Assembly (NCBI GenBank): GCA_000320545.1
Contig: ADNK01001322.1
Location: forward strand, 25,070-89,069
Length of the DNA: 64,000 nucleotides
Direction of reading: 5' to 3'
Origin: Bigelowiella natans CCMP2755
Lineage: Eukaryota > Protista > Cercozoa
The translations under genes and the position numbers were made by a program. Below the pieces are notes generated by a model that was not told the origin of the DNA, made no database searches, and worked only from the letters and a program-made list of their open reading frames with translations. Position 1 is the stretch's first letter, and each line of letters opens with the position of its first letter. Shown one piece after another: positions 1 to 13,205 of this stretch.

Positions 1-2094
1 TCTCTCCCTTTTCTTGCTTCGAGCCTGGCTACTGCTTCACGTTGTGATTTTGGACTACTATCAACGATGCGGGTTCTTCGACTATCTTCTCGCCCTTCTT
101 CCTCTCTAAATGCTTCCGTATCCTGGCGCGACAACATACTCTCCACGCGCTCTTGGACTACCCTGAGTTCCTCCGATTCAGCATATTCAGTGGCAACGAC
201 GTCTGTAGAGCGAGGATTGATTGTCCTACTTTCCCTTCCTTTATTGTGAGGTGGTGGCATATGTGCGGCAGTGGTCCATGATGCTACGGACCCGGAGCCT
301 CCTGACACGGTGCGGACTATGGAGTCTGAACGGGAAGAATTTGTAAAAGAGTTTTCATCCTCTTTTCGCAGAATTTGCTGTTGTTGTAGTTGCTGCTGCG
401 GACTACACTTTTGTCTCCTAACATCATGGATATCCTCATTATCTAATTCCTTTACTCGAACACGAGTACTGCGACTGGGGGAAGGTGGTGGAGGAGATGG
501 TTGCATAGACACCACTTCGCTGGTGTTTCTTATATTATCCCGAGTTGCTTTCAGACAATGTGAGAGCTTATTATCCTGGGTTAATTTGTTAGAATTTGAG
601 AACTTTCCGGAAGAAGGAAGAGGCGAAAGACTGGTATTCTGCTGTGTGTGGACGCCGAAAACATTATTCGTATCTGATCTTGACGTACTAGTAGGAGTAA
701 TTTTCTCGGCATCATTATCCGAGAATTGCAACTGCGTGAGCGGAATATTCTTTCCAAGTTTATTGGTTAATGGCAAGTGACCCGCGTTTGCGCTCAAAGA
801 GGAAAGTGAACTTGTACTTTCGAGCCTACACAACAATGGAGATAGTGCATTATTTCTAGGCGCTTGAGAGAGGACGCTGAGAGAGCTACGACGGTGGCTT
901 CGAGCCAAATTTTTGGTAGCCATGTTGTCTGTATCTGAAGTACGATATCTTCGAAGAAGAGTGCGCGACTTATTACTTAATGTAGCTCGTACAGCAGATA
1001 TCCGATGGTTGTTAGCGCGATAGGGAGTTCGTTGAGCGGTAAGTCTTCTCAGCTGCTTATGCGATAGAGCAGAATGTCGTCGAGATGATATCCTCTTAGA
1101 GTGGGACGACGATTCAATGTGAAAAGCATCTATTCTCGGATCTGAAACTTCCACATCAAGATGGGCTTGGAAGTGATCCCGAGTGCGTGAGTTCATTTTT
1201 GATATATCTTTTGTGGATTTGGGTGCATGGCTCAACGGCGGGAACTTATTTTTACTGTTCGTTGTAATCGCAGGAGCTGAGGCTGCTCTGTAAGATTTTA
1301 TAGGACCGGAATCGAACTCCAGGCGCTTTGCACCCTGGTCTCTACCACCACTCTGACCTATCGGCCAGAAGGTAGGATTTCGAGCTCCCCCCTTCAGCTT
1401 TGGCACATGGAAATGCTTCTTCTTCAAATCCGTTGACTGACGAGGAGAGAGGGGTCGGAGCGAATGCTTTGGGTGATAATGGGATGGTTTTCGTTTAAGA
1501 TGGGGACGCTGCAGATCACTGCCGAATGAGGGCGCACATTGCTCCTGAGTAAAAACCAAAAAAAGGTGTGATCATCAATACCCTACTATTTCCTCAACAG
1601 ATTATTTGCTTTCGACCGTGGAGTGTAAAGGAGGCCGTAGATTTAAACCCGAGTGCTTTCGACTCAACTCCATCATGAAAACGCTATCTTCAGCACATTG
1701 GCTGCAGAGGCAAAGGCAGGAGGAGGAGACACCACCGTAACGCTTTTGATTCGAGCCGAACCGACAACGAAGAATTACTGAAAAGGATCGCAATAAATAT
1801 GTGCGACAGCCACAATTTGGACAATTCTATTCTAGATCTAATTTTAACTCCAATTGTTCGATCATTCGAAGTTTCTCACTTTTCCCGTCGTACAATACGC
1901 TCTGCTTTGTCTTTACTGCGAAACAATCTCAATTTCTTTGCTCTACTGGGTGGTGTACGCAAATTGCTGCTACTGGAAAGTTCTAGGTTTTTCTTCGTAA
2001 ATTTAGGCTTTCTTGTCCATGATATCACTGTCGTATTTTTGCTCAGATGCACAGGCAAAATAGAGCGCCTTATCTTCCCTTCCGTCATCATCAT
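1..2094 (-). CDS. Hypothetical Ser/Arg/Lys-rich low-complexity protein, 5' part; runs off the window start
   Basis: The minus frame reads open where translated between about 1544 and position 1 (EQCAPSFGSDLQRPHLKRK...KSYRAASAPAITTNSKNK...EAVARLEARKGR). Upstream exon MMMTEGKIRRS ends at a GTGAG donor near 1880. No recognisable domain. Confidence 0.55.
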
Positions 2095-2677
2095 GTACCT
2101 TCGACATGCTGTCAGGGAAGACGGACACATAAAAAGTGTCCTAATTCAATATATTACGAAATCGGAACCTAACTTTCATCGTTGAGTAAATTACATGAAG
2201 CCGTTGAAATTCTACATACGTCTTTAATTTGATGAGACTATTGGATACTAATCTCCAGCTATTTCTTTCTCTCTTTGAGTCGGGTGCTGGGAGATCAGTG
2301 TTTTTTTGTCATGTGGGGTACTCAGAATTCTAATAATATACTCTTACGACATGATATATACATAATTTCTGGGAAAAATATCATAAGTTCTAAACGCAAG
2401 TGATATTCAGCTTCAAACAAATGTATCTGAGAGTTGCCTGCCAGTGCTCGCCGTTCGCTGGGAATGAATTCAAATCAACCTTGTCTTCTATTGGAAGGGA
2501 TATACTTTGAATTGTTCATAAATTTGTTTGATCCCTCTGTCTCTATTGAATATTGTAATGGATTTGAATAGTAATGACATTGTTGACTGAGCTCCCAGTA
2601 GCTTAAAATCGTCTGCAGCAGGATCGATCGCAGGAAGTCTTGGGCCTCGACCTCTAGCTCACACACAACAAAGAAGC

Positions 2678-3373
2678 ATGCAAGCTCAAGAGAAATCACT
2701 ACCATTTAAGCTTGTCCTACTGGGAGACTCTAACGTGGGCAAGTCAAGCATCGTCCTCCGATTTGTCCGAAAACAGTTTTTTGAGTACCAGGAGAGCACA
2801 ATCGGAGGTAGTGAAGAGAGGCTTTGGAAGGCTTTTCGAAATAGACAATGCTCTGTGAGATTAATGGGAATTTATGATCAATAACCACCAATCAATAAAG
2901 AATATAGGAGAGAAGGACTATGTTTAATTCCTTCAGCTTCCCCCACCCCATATTCTGCAAATTCTTGGCATTAGTATTCTTGACTTTTTCTTTCCACTTC
3001 GAATGTTCCTCCAGCCGCCTTCTCCACCCAGACCGTCAAAGTAGATGACTACACAGTAAAGTTTGAGATTTGGGACACCGCAGGTATGTTTCCCTGTCGT
3101 TTATCAGGGACCTATGATGCAAAATCAGTTCTGGTGTGGAGAGAAATAAGTGATTTCTTCTAGTTTTTTTTTATTTTGGAGGTTGAGACATACATAATAC
3201 TTAATTCAGCCCATTTTTTTTTGGCTCGCAACAGTGATTCGTGTATTCCATTAAGATAACATTATGTGTGAAGACACGGTTTATAAATGGGGAATTGTTG
3301 GATATTCTAGAACGATTATCTAATACATCCGAACATTTTGAATGCCGGAAGATAAAAACAAACCACTTTATAA

Positions 3374-3423
<50 letters not shown>

Positions 3424-4084
3424 TTGGGTACGCAATCTTGGATAATGTTCCTCTGAATCCAGGCCAGGTATATCTTACAACATTTACCTACATTCATAAT
3501 TTAAATACAGTTTTTCTCTTTCAGGAACGATATCACAGTCTTGCACCTATGTATTATCGAGGGGCCTCTGCTGCAATCGTAGTATATGACATCACAAATG
3601 CACCAACTCTACAGAGGGCGAAAGCTTGGGTTAAGGAACTGCAACGCCAGGTACACTATCAACACATATTTAATCCCGGTCTTTTGTTAATTGTGTTTCT
3701 TTTTTAGGGCAACCCAAACATTGTAATAGTACTAGCTGGAAACAAAGTGGACCTAGCGGGGAGTCGGGAAGTTGACTCTGGGGTATTCTTCTTGTTTCAC
3801 CCCTTTCTAATTCAAATACTAAGAAGTTTCAATTAGGATGTTAAGGGCTATGCACAAGAGAATGGAATAATGTTCATGGAAACGTCGGCGAAGACGAACT
3901 ATAACGTTAGCGAGCTATTCGAACAGATTGCGTATAAACTGCCCAAGAAACAGACACCTCAAAAACGACCTGGAATTCTCGTGGTAACATTAATTACATG
4001 TCGCAATAATTTATTTTTATATGAGACTCATCGTAATAACAGGATCCAGTTGATTTGCAGCCCGAAAGAAAATCTTGCTGCTAA
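2678..4084 (+). CDS. RAB5: Rab5-family small GTPase, multi-exon
   Basis: [68 protein letters not shown] and a C-terminal SCC* prenylation motif. Includes a 5-nt micro-exon at 3463-3467. Confidence 0.95.
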
Positions 4085-4249
4085 CCTTGTAAATTCTACG
4101 CTACACGAGACCTGAACCAAAAGCCCATTACGATTGTCTTCGATTGTCTGTAGGTTCCAGAGAATGGAATCTATATAACCCTAAAAATGCAGATGTTTCC
4201 TTTAAATAAAATCTCATCGAAACTATAAAACCCCTTTTACGATTAGTAC

Positions 4250-4812
4250 ATGAAGCTGGCAACTATCTAGCTAGATAGGCATGCGCGCTATGCTGGTCTG
4301 TCTTTCTAGCTTTGCTGATCGATGCTACACACTATTCACACATACACATGCAACCTGCTCTCACACACAAACGCGCGCGCGCACAATTATAACGTACGTG
4401 CTAGCGTGGCTCTTTCTATATAGCCCTAATAGGCTAGTAGGCTATGTAGCGTACGTCACGTATGAACGTTTGTAGTTTCTACGTACGTACACCTAATAAG
4501 AAGCATATAAGCACATATGTCACAAAAGCACACATGCTAGCATGGGCTGTCGACATGTGCATGCACTAATAAGTGAGCCACGCTATAACGCGCACATCTC
4601 TAGACTAGGCCTACACAAATACAGCGATTGCACCGATACCGTCATTAAAACAGTAACGTGTACGTAAATGCAGCATGTGGAGCTAATCGCAACCATGGCT
4701 AGATATAGTAGAGCGCGATGTGTGTGTACCCGTTTCAGGCGGAGACGTCTCATAACATGTAGCATGGACTAGTGGAGCTTACTAGACAATAGACATAGTA
4801 TATATTATAGTA

Positions 4813-4854
<42 letters not shown>

Positions 4855-4908
4855 AATGTATCATATATACATTGTCTATAGTCTAGCTTACGTATGCTAG
4901 TATGGTAG

Positions 4909-4980
<72 letters not shown>

Positions 4981-5000
4981 ATTAAGATACCAATCTCTAG
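4250..5000. other. Alternating purine/pyrimidine, CTAG/CATG/TACGTA-rich convergent spacer (representative copy)
   Basis: Same texture at about 10860-11500, 17000-18260, 24660-25400, 32820-33180, 47860-48500 and 59800-60900, always between 3' ends. Confidence 0.75.
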
Positions 5001-5250
5001 ACCTAGCCTATTTCATAGCAAGACGTTTGACATATATTGAACCACTGTAAATTGTCGCATGATAGCAATGACACATTAGTGTGGCCTTTATGCTAGTAGG
5101 TAAAAGTGCAGACAATTTAGCGTGGTGATGTATGTGGAGATTCTGTGGCTTGCATTGAAGATTTACAAATATCCTACTTGGGAAAGATCTATGAGTTTTC
5201 ATCCAAGAAATTGAAACCCAAACTGCACGTTTTATCTCGCCACGTTTTAT

Positions 5251-7105
5251 CTAGCTAAAGAAGGACATGGTCTCCGACCCCCTTTCTTTCTGGAACATCT
5301 CGTAGTACTGGAAGATGATTGTGACTGCGAGAAGAATTCCAGTACCAGACCCGATTGCTCCCATGAAATCCGCAACTACAGTGAGAGCTCCGATGCACAT
5401 ACCTCCAAAAGCAGCAGCGATAGGAATGTAACGTTCAAGGACCTTAATGACACTTTGCTTACGGAATCCCTTGAATTCCATATGCTGGTCACGGAATTGC
5501 TTCGCAACATCCTTTGGCGAGGATCCCGAAACTTCAATCCAGGTGATGGAGAACAGAGCGCAGGTGATTAGGATGAAAGCAAGATAGAAGAGAGCATGGA
5601 AAGGGTCGTACAGGATCTCCGCCAAAGAGGTAGGAGGAGATACATAGTACGCCAAACCACTTACTGGTACAGAAGCACCACGCTCCTGTTCTTGCCATTT
5701 TCCTAAAAGCTTAACCAAAAAGTTTGTAGGGTAGCGTTTGTGAAGCAGCTGGGAGAAGAAGTAAAGGTTGGACACCAAGGCGGTTTGTAGGATAATTGGA
5801 ATGTTGGAAGTGTAGAACAGCTTAATTGGGTAAGTGGAGGAATGGCCACGGTACCTATTGCATACACAATTAGGTATTTAGCTTTAGCTTAAGCATAACA
5901 AAAAAACGACTTGTATCGAATGCCTACCTTTCATATTTGACAGGGAGGTCGACACGGAATCCTTGGAAGTAAATTACGATAACGAAGACGAAAACGGTAG
6001 CCAACAAGTTGAAGATGTTAGGAAGGTTTTGTCGGTAGAAAGCTTCATTGATGGCACGAACCTGTCGAAAAAACTAAAATGAGGACTTCCACTTCCGATC
6101 TTATTCTTAAACAAACCTTGTCTGTGCGAGTAACAAGCATATGGAACATGGCAATGATAGCTCCTTCAAACTCAGTACCACGACCAGTGTTAATAGTTGT
6201 GGGTGAGAATGCCTTCCAGATGATATTCTCACAGATATTAGTCGCAATGAACAGAGAAATTCCAGATCCAAGACCGTATCCCTTGGTGAGCAACTCGTCA
6301 AGAACAAGAACGATCACACCAGCGAAGAACAACTGGAGAATGATAAGAGTTGCATTTCCAGCACCAAGCTCTTTGACGTCCCCATACATACCAGACATGA
6401 CGTAAGCAAGAGCCTCGCCAATTGTAATGAGAAGACCACAAAGCTTCTGCGCTCCTTGGAAAAGAGCACGGTCCTCCTTGTTGTTCTGATCGACGTGAAT
6501 GATTTTTGATCCAGCAAGAAGCTGCATGACCATACCAGAGGTAACGATAGGGGAAATTCCGAGTTCCATCAATGTTCCACGGTTCGAAGCAAGAATCACA
6601 CGCATCCAGTAGAATGGATCCGCTGGTGATAAAATAAGATGCGTTTTTCATACATTAGAAGAAGTGATTCACAAATTCGTATCAGAACTAAAGTTGGTTT
6701 ATATCTAAAAAATCAAAAAGCCTCTTTATAAAAGGCGTTTACAAGCCAACTGTAAAAAGTTCCTCTACCTATTTTCCATCACACTACCCCCCCCACCCCC
6801 CCCACCCCGTTCACGCCATTCGATATATGAATGTACGAGTTGATATAGGAACTCATGAATTTCTAATTCATAGGCGGACATGTTACTCGACCTCGAACTA
6901 AATTGAATACAAGTTCTATCGGGTATGGCGACTTACCGGAGCTAGAGGAACGAATGCCGTAAAGCGGGATCTGACAGCAGACGAGGAAAATAAGCAGGGT
7001 AATGATAGTCCACATCATCCTCTCCTTGAACTGCACATTTCGCTCCGGAGCACGAACTTCCGGAAGCACGCACATAACGGGCTTTATCAGATGGAGAAAC
7101 CTCAT
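5251..7105 (-). CDS. SEC61A: Protein translocon subunit Sec61 alpha
   Basis: [101 protein letters not shown]. About 4 exons. Confidence 0.97.
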
Positions 7106-8076
7106 GACTACAATGACGCAGTGGGGGGGTAGGCAGAAAGGTTTTTTTCTGGCTTCTGTATTCAATAAGTTCCCGCAAGGAAAACACCAATAAGCAATCG
7201 CTTTGATTTTGATATACGACATCAAATATTAGAAGTCTTACAGTAAATTATAAGCACATAAAAGTATTGTAATCATTCATTTTGCAAAGTATGTATTCTT
7301 GAAACTGTAAATGAGACTCATCTGTTTAAATCTCTAAATTTCAATATTGCCATTTTATCTCTGAATTGCAAAATAAAGGCATTCTTCGATGAAACTATCA
7401 TCTATTTTTACACAATATCATGTCCTATCAGTGAGATGTAGGTCTACTGCGAGATTCTGCCAGCTCTGAGCGAAATTTTGCAAAATTTTGCTGTACTCTG
7501 TATGAACATGTATAAATGTCATCCTTTTTTCATTTTAACTGGGGATTCGGACTTTTACGGCCAAAAGCCTAAGATATGTTTGTTGAATATGTAAGGGCAA
7601 AGTTCCCAAGGATAGCTAATTATTCCATATCGACATGATTTAAAATGCTTATTTGGGATAAAATTGTAAGAGTCGTATAACAGAAGTCTTTTCGAGCTCA
7701 GATTAAATCTGAGAAACTCTTGATGTGATGCTGTGTCATCATACCACATGTTTCAGTATTAAAATTTGTGTCCCACTATGGTAAATGTGCCACCTTGTCC
7801 TTTTATTTTTGTTCTTGCAGATATATCTTTGTCGTAAATGAAATTCTGGATTCCTAAAATTAAAATGGGAAGTATAAATTGAACAAGCTACTAGCTGAAT
7901 TCGAACTCCGTCGAGATCTTTAGGATATTCTCAAGCTCCACTCCATGCTACGACGCATAACATTAATAAAAACTAGTTGTCGCAAGATAAAATAGAAGTA
8001 ATGTTCAACAAGCAGGATAACAAGGCACAAGCGACAACGTGTATGACATGTCGCTCATAATTTCTTACTCTCGGCA

Positions 8077-10256
8077 ATGGCGTCTCCGTCCATCGGCACA
8101 CACAGCGGCACGTAGGGGAATTTACTGACGTTACTGATACATCGATCAAATTGTAACTCATTCGTCTCGCGCTCTTCTTTTCACAGGTTTCACTGCGATG
8201 AGGCTCTGGCCTGCTTTATGCTTAAGAGCTTGCCTGAATACAAGGATGCAACAATTGTTCGTTCGAGGGATCCAAAAGTGCTCGGCCAACTTCCCATCCT
8301 AGTGGACGTTGGGGGAGTGTAAGAACCTATTTTACCGTTTTACTGCTGCAAAAAGAATATGCACTTTTTGACGATTGCATCATTCCGTCGTTGTCTTTGT
8401 CGTTCGTCGCAAGATATGACCCAAGCAAACACCGTTATGACCACCACCAACGGGGATTTGGTGAGGTATGCTCCACGCACAGACACTGTATGGACATGAT
8501 TGATTCATCGCTTACTGAATATATGAAAAGCATCGTGAGTTATCGTGGTACTGGCAGTAGCAATAGTAAAGTAGTCAATACATGACGCAACAACCAGGTA
8601 TTTGGACATGGGTTCAAAACGAAGCTGAGCAGTGCCGGGCTGGTATACAAGCATTTTGGCAAAAAGGTAGCCCATAATCGCAAAATTAACAATGTTGGAA
8701 TGGTGGAGAAGTTGAACTTCTGACAAATTTGATTACACATCAGGTGATATCTGCCATCTCTGGGATTACTGATGAGAAAGTTATCGATACGCTGTTCCTT
8801 AAAGTATATGACGGTTTTATTCAAGGTGATGGTTCTCATATATATTCAATAGAGTCCAATTTCGTACTATTGTATGAATCGGCATCTCTTTTTTCCTTCC
8901 TCCCATCTAAGATGGATGTGATATATCTCCCTCGTTATCTGATACTCCTAATATGAAAGAAATCGATGGGATTGACAATGGCGTCGCAGTGAAAGATGGT
9001 GAACAGGCTCCCAATTATCGTATTTCGACTGATTTATCGTCCCGTGTTGGATATTTGAATCCTGGTGTGATACAACACTATGCACTAAGCAATGACAACA
9101 ACAATCCACCTTTCTGCGTCGTAGACTATTGCACATTATTTATCATTCCAATCCGTCGTCTGTGCTGCTTTCCAGCTCCTATTTCATCACGCATACACTT
9201 CTTGCAATTCATCGTTATATCAAAATGATGATCATTCCAGGTTGGAATGAAGAAGCTAGCGACATTGAGCAGAGATTCCACAAAGCTGTTGCAATGACTG
9301 GAAAAGAGCTTACGGATAGAATAATGGCTTATAAGAACGTCAGTATTAACGGATGCGATAATTCCTATATTCTTCTTTTGCACCAGTGCTGCTGCTGCTA
9401 CTGCTGCTACTACTGAATCTAATAATATATCCGTAGCATTGGCTTCCAGCACGTGATCTAGTTGCGAAAGCAATAGCTACGCGACACGGCGTTCACAAGT
9501 AAGTGTGGGAAGAGAGACGATTTCTATTCTTTCCCTATTGCTGCTTTACCGAGTCTTCATGCTGCTAACGCTGATACTGCGTTGTCGCTCATAGATCTGG
9601 ATCAATCGTATTGTTTGAGAAGTTCTGCTCTTGGAAAAGCCACTTGCACGAGATTGAACAGGTTATGACCAGGGGTGAGAGAGAGGGGGGGGAGAGGGAG
9701 AGAGAAGAGCAGGCACCGTGAGAGTTCAATGGTACATGCTTGTATTTAAATTCGATCTCCTTCCTCATTAGTAACTAGCGTTGTTATTATCAGGAATCAA
9801 AGTTTGAGGTGGGGAGGGCACCACCTTCTATTTTGTACGTTCTCTATCCAGACAGCAGGTTGCTTGCCTAGCCGCCTTTTATGCATTATACACAAACATA
9901 GATATATCCATGTAAGAAAAAGAAGAAGAAGAAGAAGAAGAAGAAGAAGAAGAAGAAGGGACTTAGGATAACTAAGGAAATTGTCTTCTAATTCTGCGGC
10001 ATTTTCTTTACCCGCCGCCCCACCCCCTACCCCAACCTCAGCATTCTTTTTTGTACTCTTCAAATAATTATTTCTACCCACATCAGCGGTAAGTGGAGAA
10101 TTCAGTGCGTTCCTATGCGGGAAGGGTCTTTCGAGTCAAGATTAGCCCTTCCAGAGCCTTGGCGCGGGGTACGAGGCGAGGAGCTCTCCAAACTCACAGG
10201 GATTGATGGATGCGTCTTCACACATGCAGCGGGTAAATGTATTATATTTGTACATA

Positions 10257-10301
<45 letters not shown>

Positions 10302-10791
10302 AATGTTTGAACTTACAATTTCTCTCTCCTTTTTCTTTCTTGCCTTCTATCCTACAACTACTGGTGTTGAAATGACATTAAAAAATGAAGATGCAAAAAT
10401 AGCAATAATTACGTCAAAACAACGAGTTTTTGGTTTGCTGATTCACACTATATTACTGTTATCTGCCAGGCTTTATCGGAGGAAATAATACACAAGAAGG
10501 AGGTGACTATTATATGATGTTCTTGAAAGAAGTACTGTCGTAGTTTTGTCGTTGTTGATGTTGATAATGATGCAAAAAAGGCAACTTACTAGTTTGATGA
10601 GTGTGTAATCCCCCCCCCTCTCTATTGTCTCTCTCTCCCACTCTTTGTCTAACCATATATGCTATGAATACTGGTCGTATTTAGTTCTGGCTATGGCTAT
10701 TAGCAGTCTTGCCTACTATGCTTCCAAGTCTGCTACTGGCGCTACTGACGACGAACAGCCTAGCTCTAAGAAACCAAAGACCTCAGTCTGA
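8077..10791 (+). CDS. MYG1: MYG1 family (DHH-like) exonuclease, multi-exon
   Basis: Spliced [108 protein letters not shown]. Start codon approximate. Confidence 0.9.
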
Positions 10792-11515
10792 AATTGAAAC
10801 AATCATCCCACTGATGCCTGAACGACTCCAGGACAAGAAGTAGTAAACATGGTCACGCATTCGCCAAAGCGATGCTGTACGTGATAATCAGTAGACGAAT
10901 ATACAGTCGGGTTATCATGCTATTACACTACTGTACGCGGTTAGACAGACGCGAGCAATCATGCGCGACAGTGATTAGGGCTACTGACATAGACTGTTAT
11001 CATTATTGTGTGCGAGGCAACTTGCCGCCAAGTTTGCAACAACATAGCTTATTGCTGCTTTGCATAGCTTTCAGTCGGACAGACGTAGTCGTGCACGTAT
11101 GTATATGCATATAACATGCAGCAAGGGCCCCCATGTACATAGAACTACAGATTCACATACAGTCTATAGTTGTTATTCGCATTATTGCGCATCCATCGTA
11201 TAATCGTATAATCGACAGTAATATAGAGTACAATCAGTGCTATAGTGCACACAGACGCAGATCGAATCGATGCCTCATTCTAGTATACTAGCATTGTATG
11301 GTGTTTGCGTAAGCGCTCTGACTCGATCGTGCTACTAACACTGGCTAGCTGATGATACGGCACTATGTATGCAGCTTGCTCGTCAGATGCTATTGCTGAC
11401 AAGGCAACGCTGCTTATTAATGGCATGGCCTGTGCTGCCCTGTGTGGCGTGCACGTTGTATACATACCAACAGCAGCTCTATATCATTCATTACTATCAT
11501 ATCGATATGCCATCA

Positions 11516-11983
11516 TTAGTAACACACCGCTTCTGTAAAGGGCACGTTCTGCAGAACTCGATTGTAGCCGAATGACGAAAGATCAACTGTACTATATCTT
11601 CCGTCCAATATTAGTTCTGATATCGCACGTCCCACAGGCTGTATATTGTCCAAAATAATATAGAACGAAAGCAAAGAGCGAGAGTGTTTGTATGTGGGTT
11701 AGCTATACATGTTGGAAGTAAGTCATCCACATAAACGATGTACGACAACTCATGGTAGCGGTGTTCCTCGTAGTGTATGCTGCTACACTGGCATTGTTAG
11801 TTGAGGTCTTAAAAAGAATAAATTACCGGACAGTGCTGGATTCCGTGGCCACTGAAACCAGCAGCAAAGTATAAGCGTGATCCTTCCTGATACTCTCCAA
11901 TTATAGCATTCTCGTCGAATTTGTTAAAATCGTAGAACCCATGCCAACCACCCTGCACCCTACTCACAATATTACGCATACAA

Positions 11984-12034
<51 letters not shown>

Positions 12035-12625
12035 CACACACATACACACACAATGTATATATTCACAACAGCTTCAACTCGTCCTTGTAAAGTAGGAAGA
12101 GACATTAGAGGCTACCGCACGTGTGAAGTGAGACAAACAGACAGAGAAGGGGAGAAGGGGGGGGGGGGGGAGAGAGCGCACGTTGACAACTTGCCTTAGA
12201 TTCTCAAACGCTGGAACTCTGTTTGCTAGCGGTTCCCACATGTGTTCTTCAAAAAATGCTGTGTCATTGACACCCCCCCCCTCAAGTTCTTCTGCAACTC
12301 CCTCACAATCCTGGGAGTATGAAAATTATATCTTATATTGGACATATATGCTGTTGTTGTTGTTGTTGATGATGATGATGATGATGATAATGATGATAAG
12401 TTTATGATTGCTACGGTGGTGGAGATGGGAAAATAGTTATCAAAAGAAAAGAAAAGTAGAAAAAACAACAACTATGACACGCTCAAACAGGAGCTTCAAT
12501 ACTTCTATACTATCAGCATCGGTATCGTCGTTGTCCACAAGAAGAATGATTGCTTACTCACCGGATCTTCACCCACCGCCATTCCAGTCACGAATAGCCC
12601 TGTTTGTGTATGTGTTTGTGTTTCC

Positions 12626-12662
<37 letters not shown>

Positions 12663-13168
12663 AGGCTTTGCAATTGATTGTTTTTAGTTCATGAAGCATT
12701 ATAAGCATTACTTCCTAATGCAAACACACACTCAAGCTTCCTCCCCCCCCCGTAATAATATCGGCTTCTCTGTCGCTGCTAATAATACTGTTACCTGCTT
12801 CTGGAGCGCCCTCACGTCGGAACCACAGTCCGCTCGGGTCAAACACCTGCCAAGCCAATCAAAAGCATGGTGAATGGTGGCGTGAGAATCACATGGCCAC
12901 TGGAATTGCAGTCGTAACACATAAAAGAAACAATGAGCGACAAAAACAGTAATAACAATAGTAATGAATCATAAACCGTTGCTTCTTCTACTACTATTAC
13001 TACAACAACAACAACTACTACTACTACTGCTACTACATAGCCACTAACCATAGGAACTCCTTCGCCTTGTGAAACCTCTGCTTCAGGGCAATGAAATACA
13101 AATACTCGTCGCAGCCTTGGAACTATTGGTACTCCTGGTATTCCCTAAGGTAGTTCGTATCAAAGGAC

Positions 13169-13205
<37 letters not shown>

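Noticed and set aside
271-780. 169-aa plus-strand ORF
   Set aside because: Antisense shadow of the long minus-strand reading frame.
1300-1370. tRNA-like motifs on the minus strand (AGTGGTAGAG...GGAGTTCGATTCC)
   Set aside because: The putative anticodon and T stems overlap, there is no acceptor stem, and it lies inside an open coding frame.
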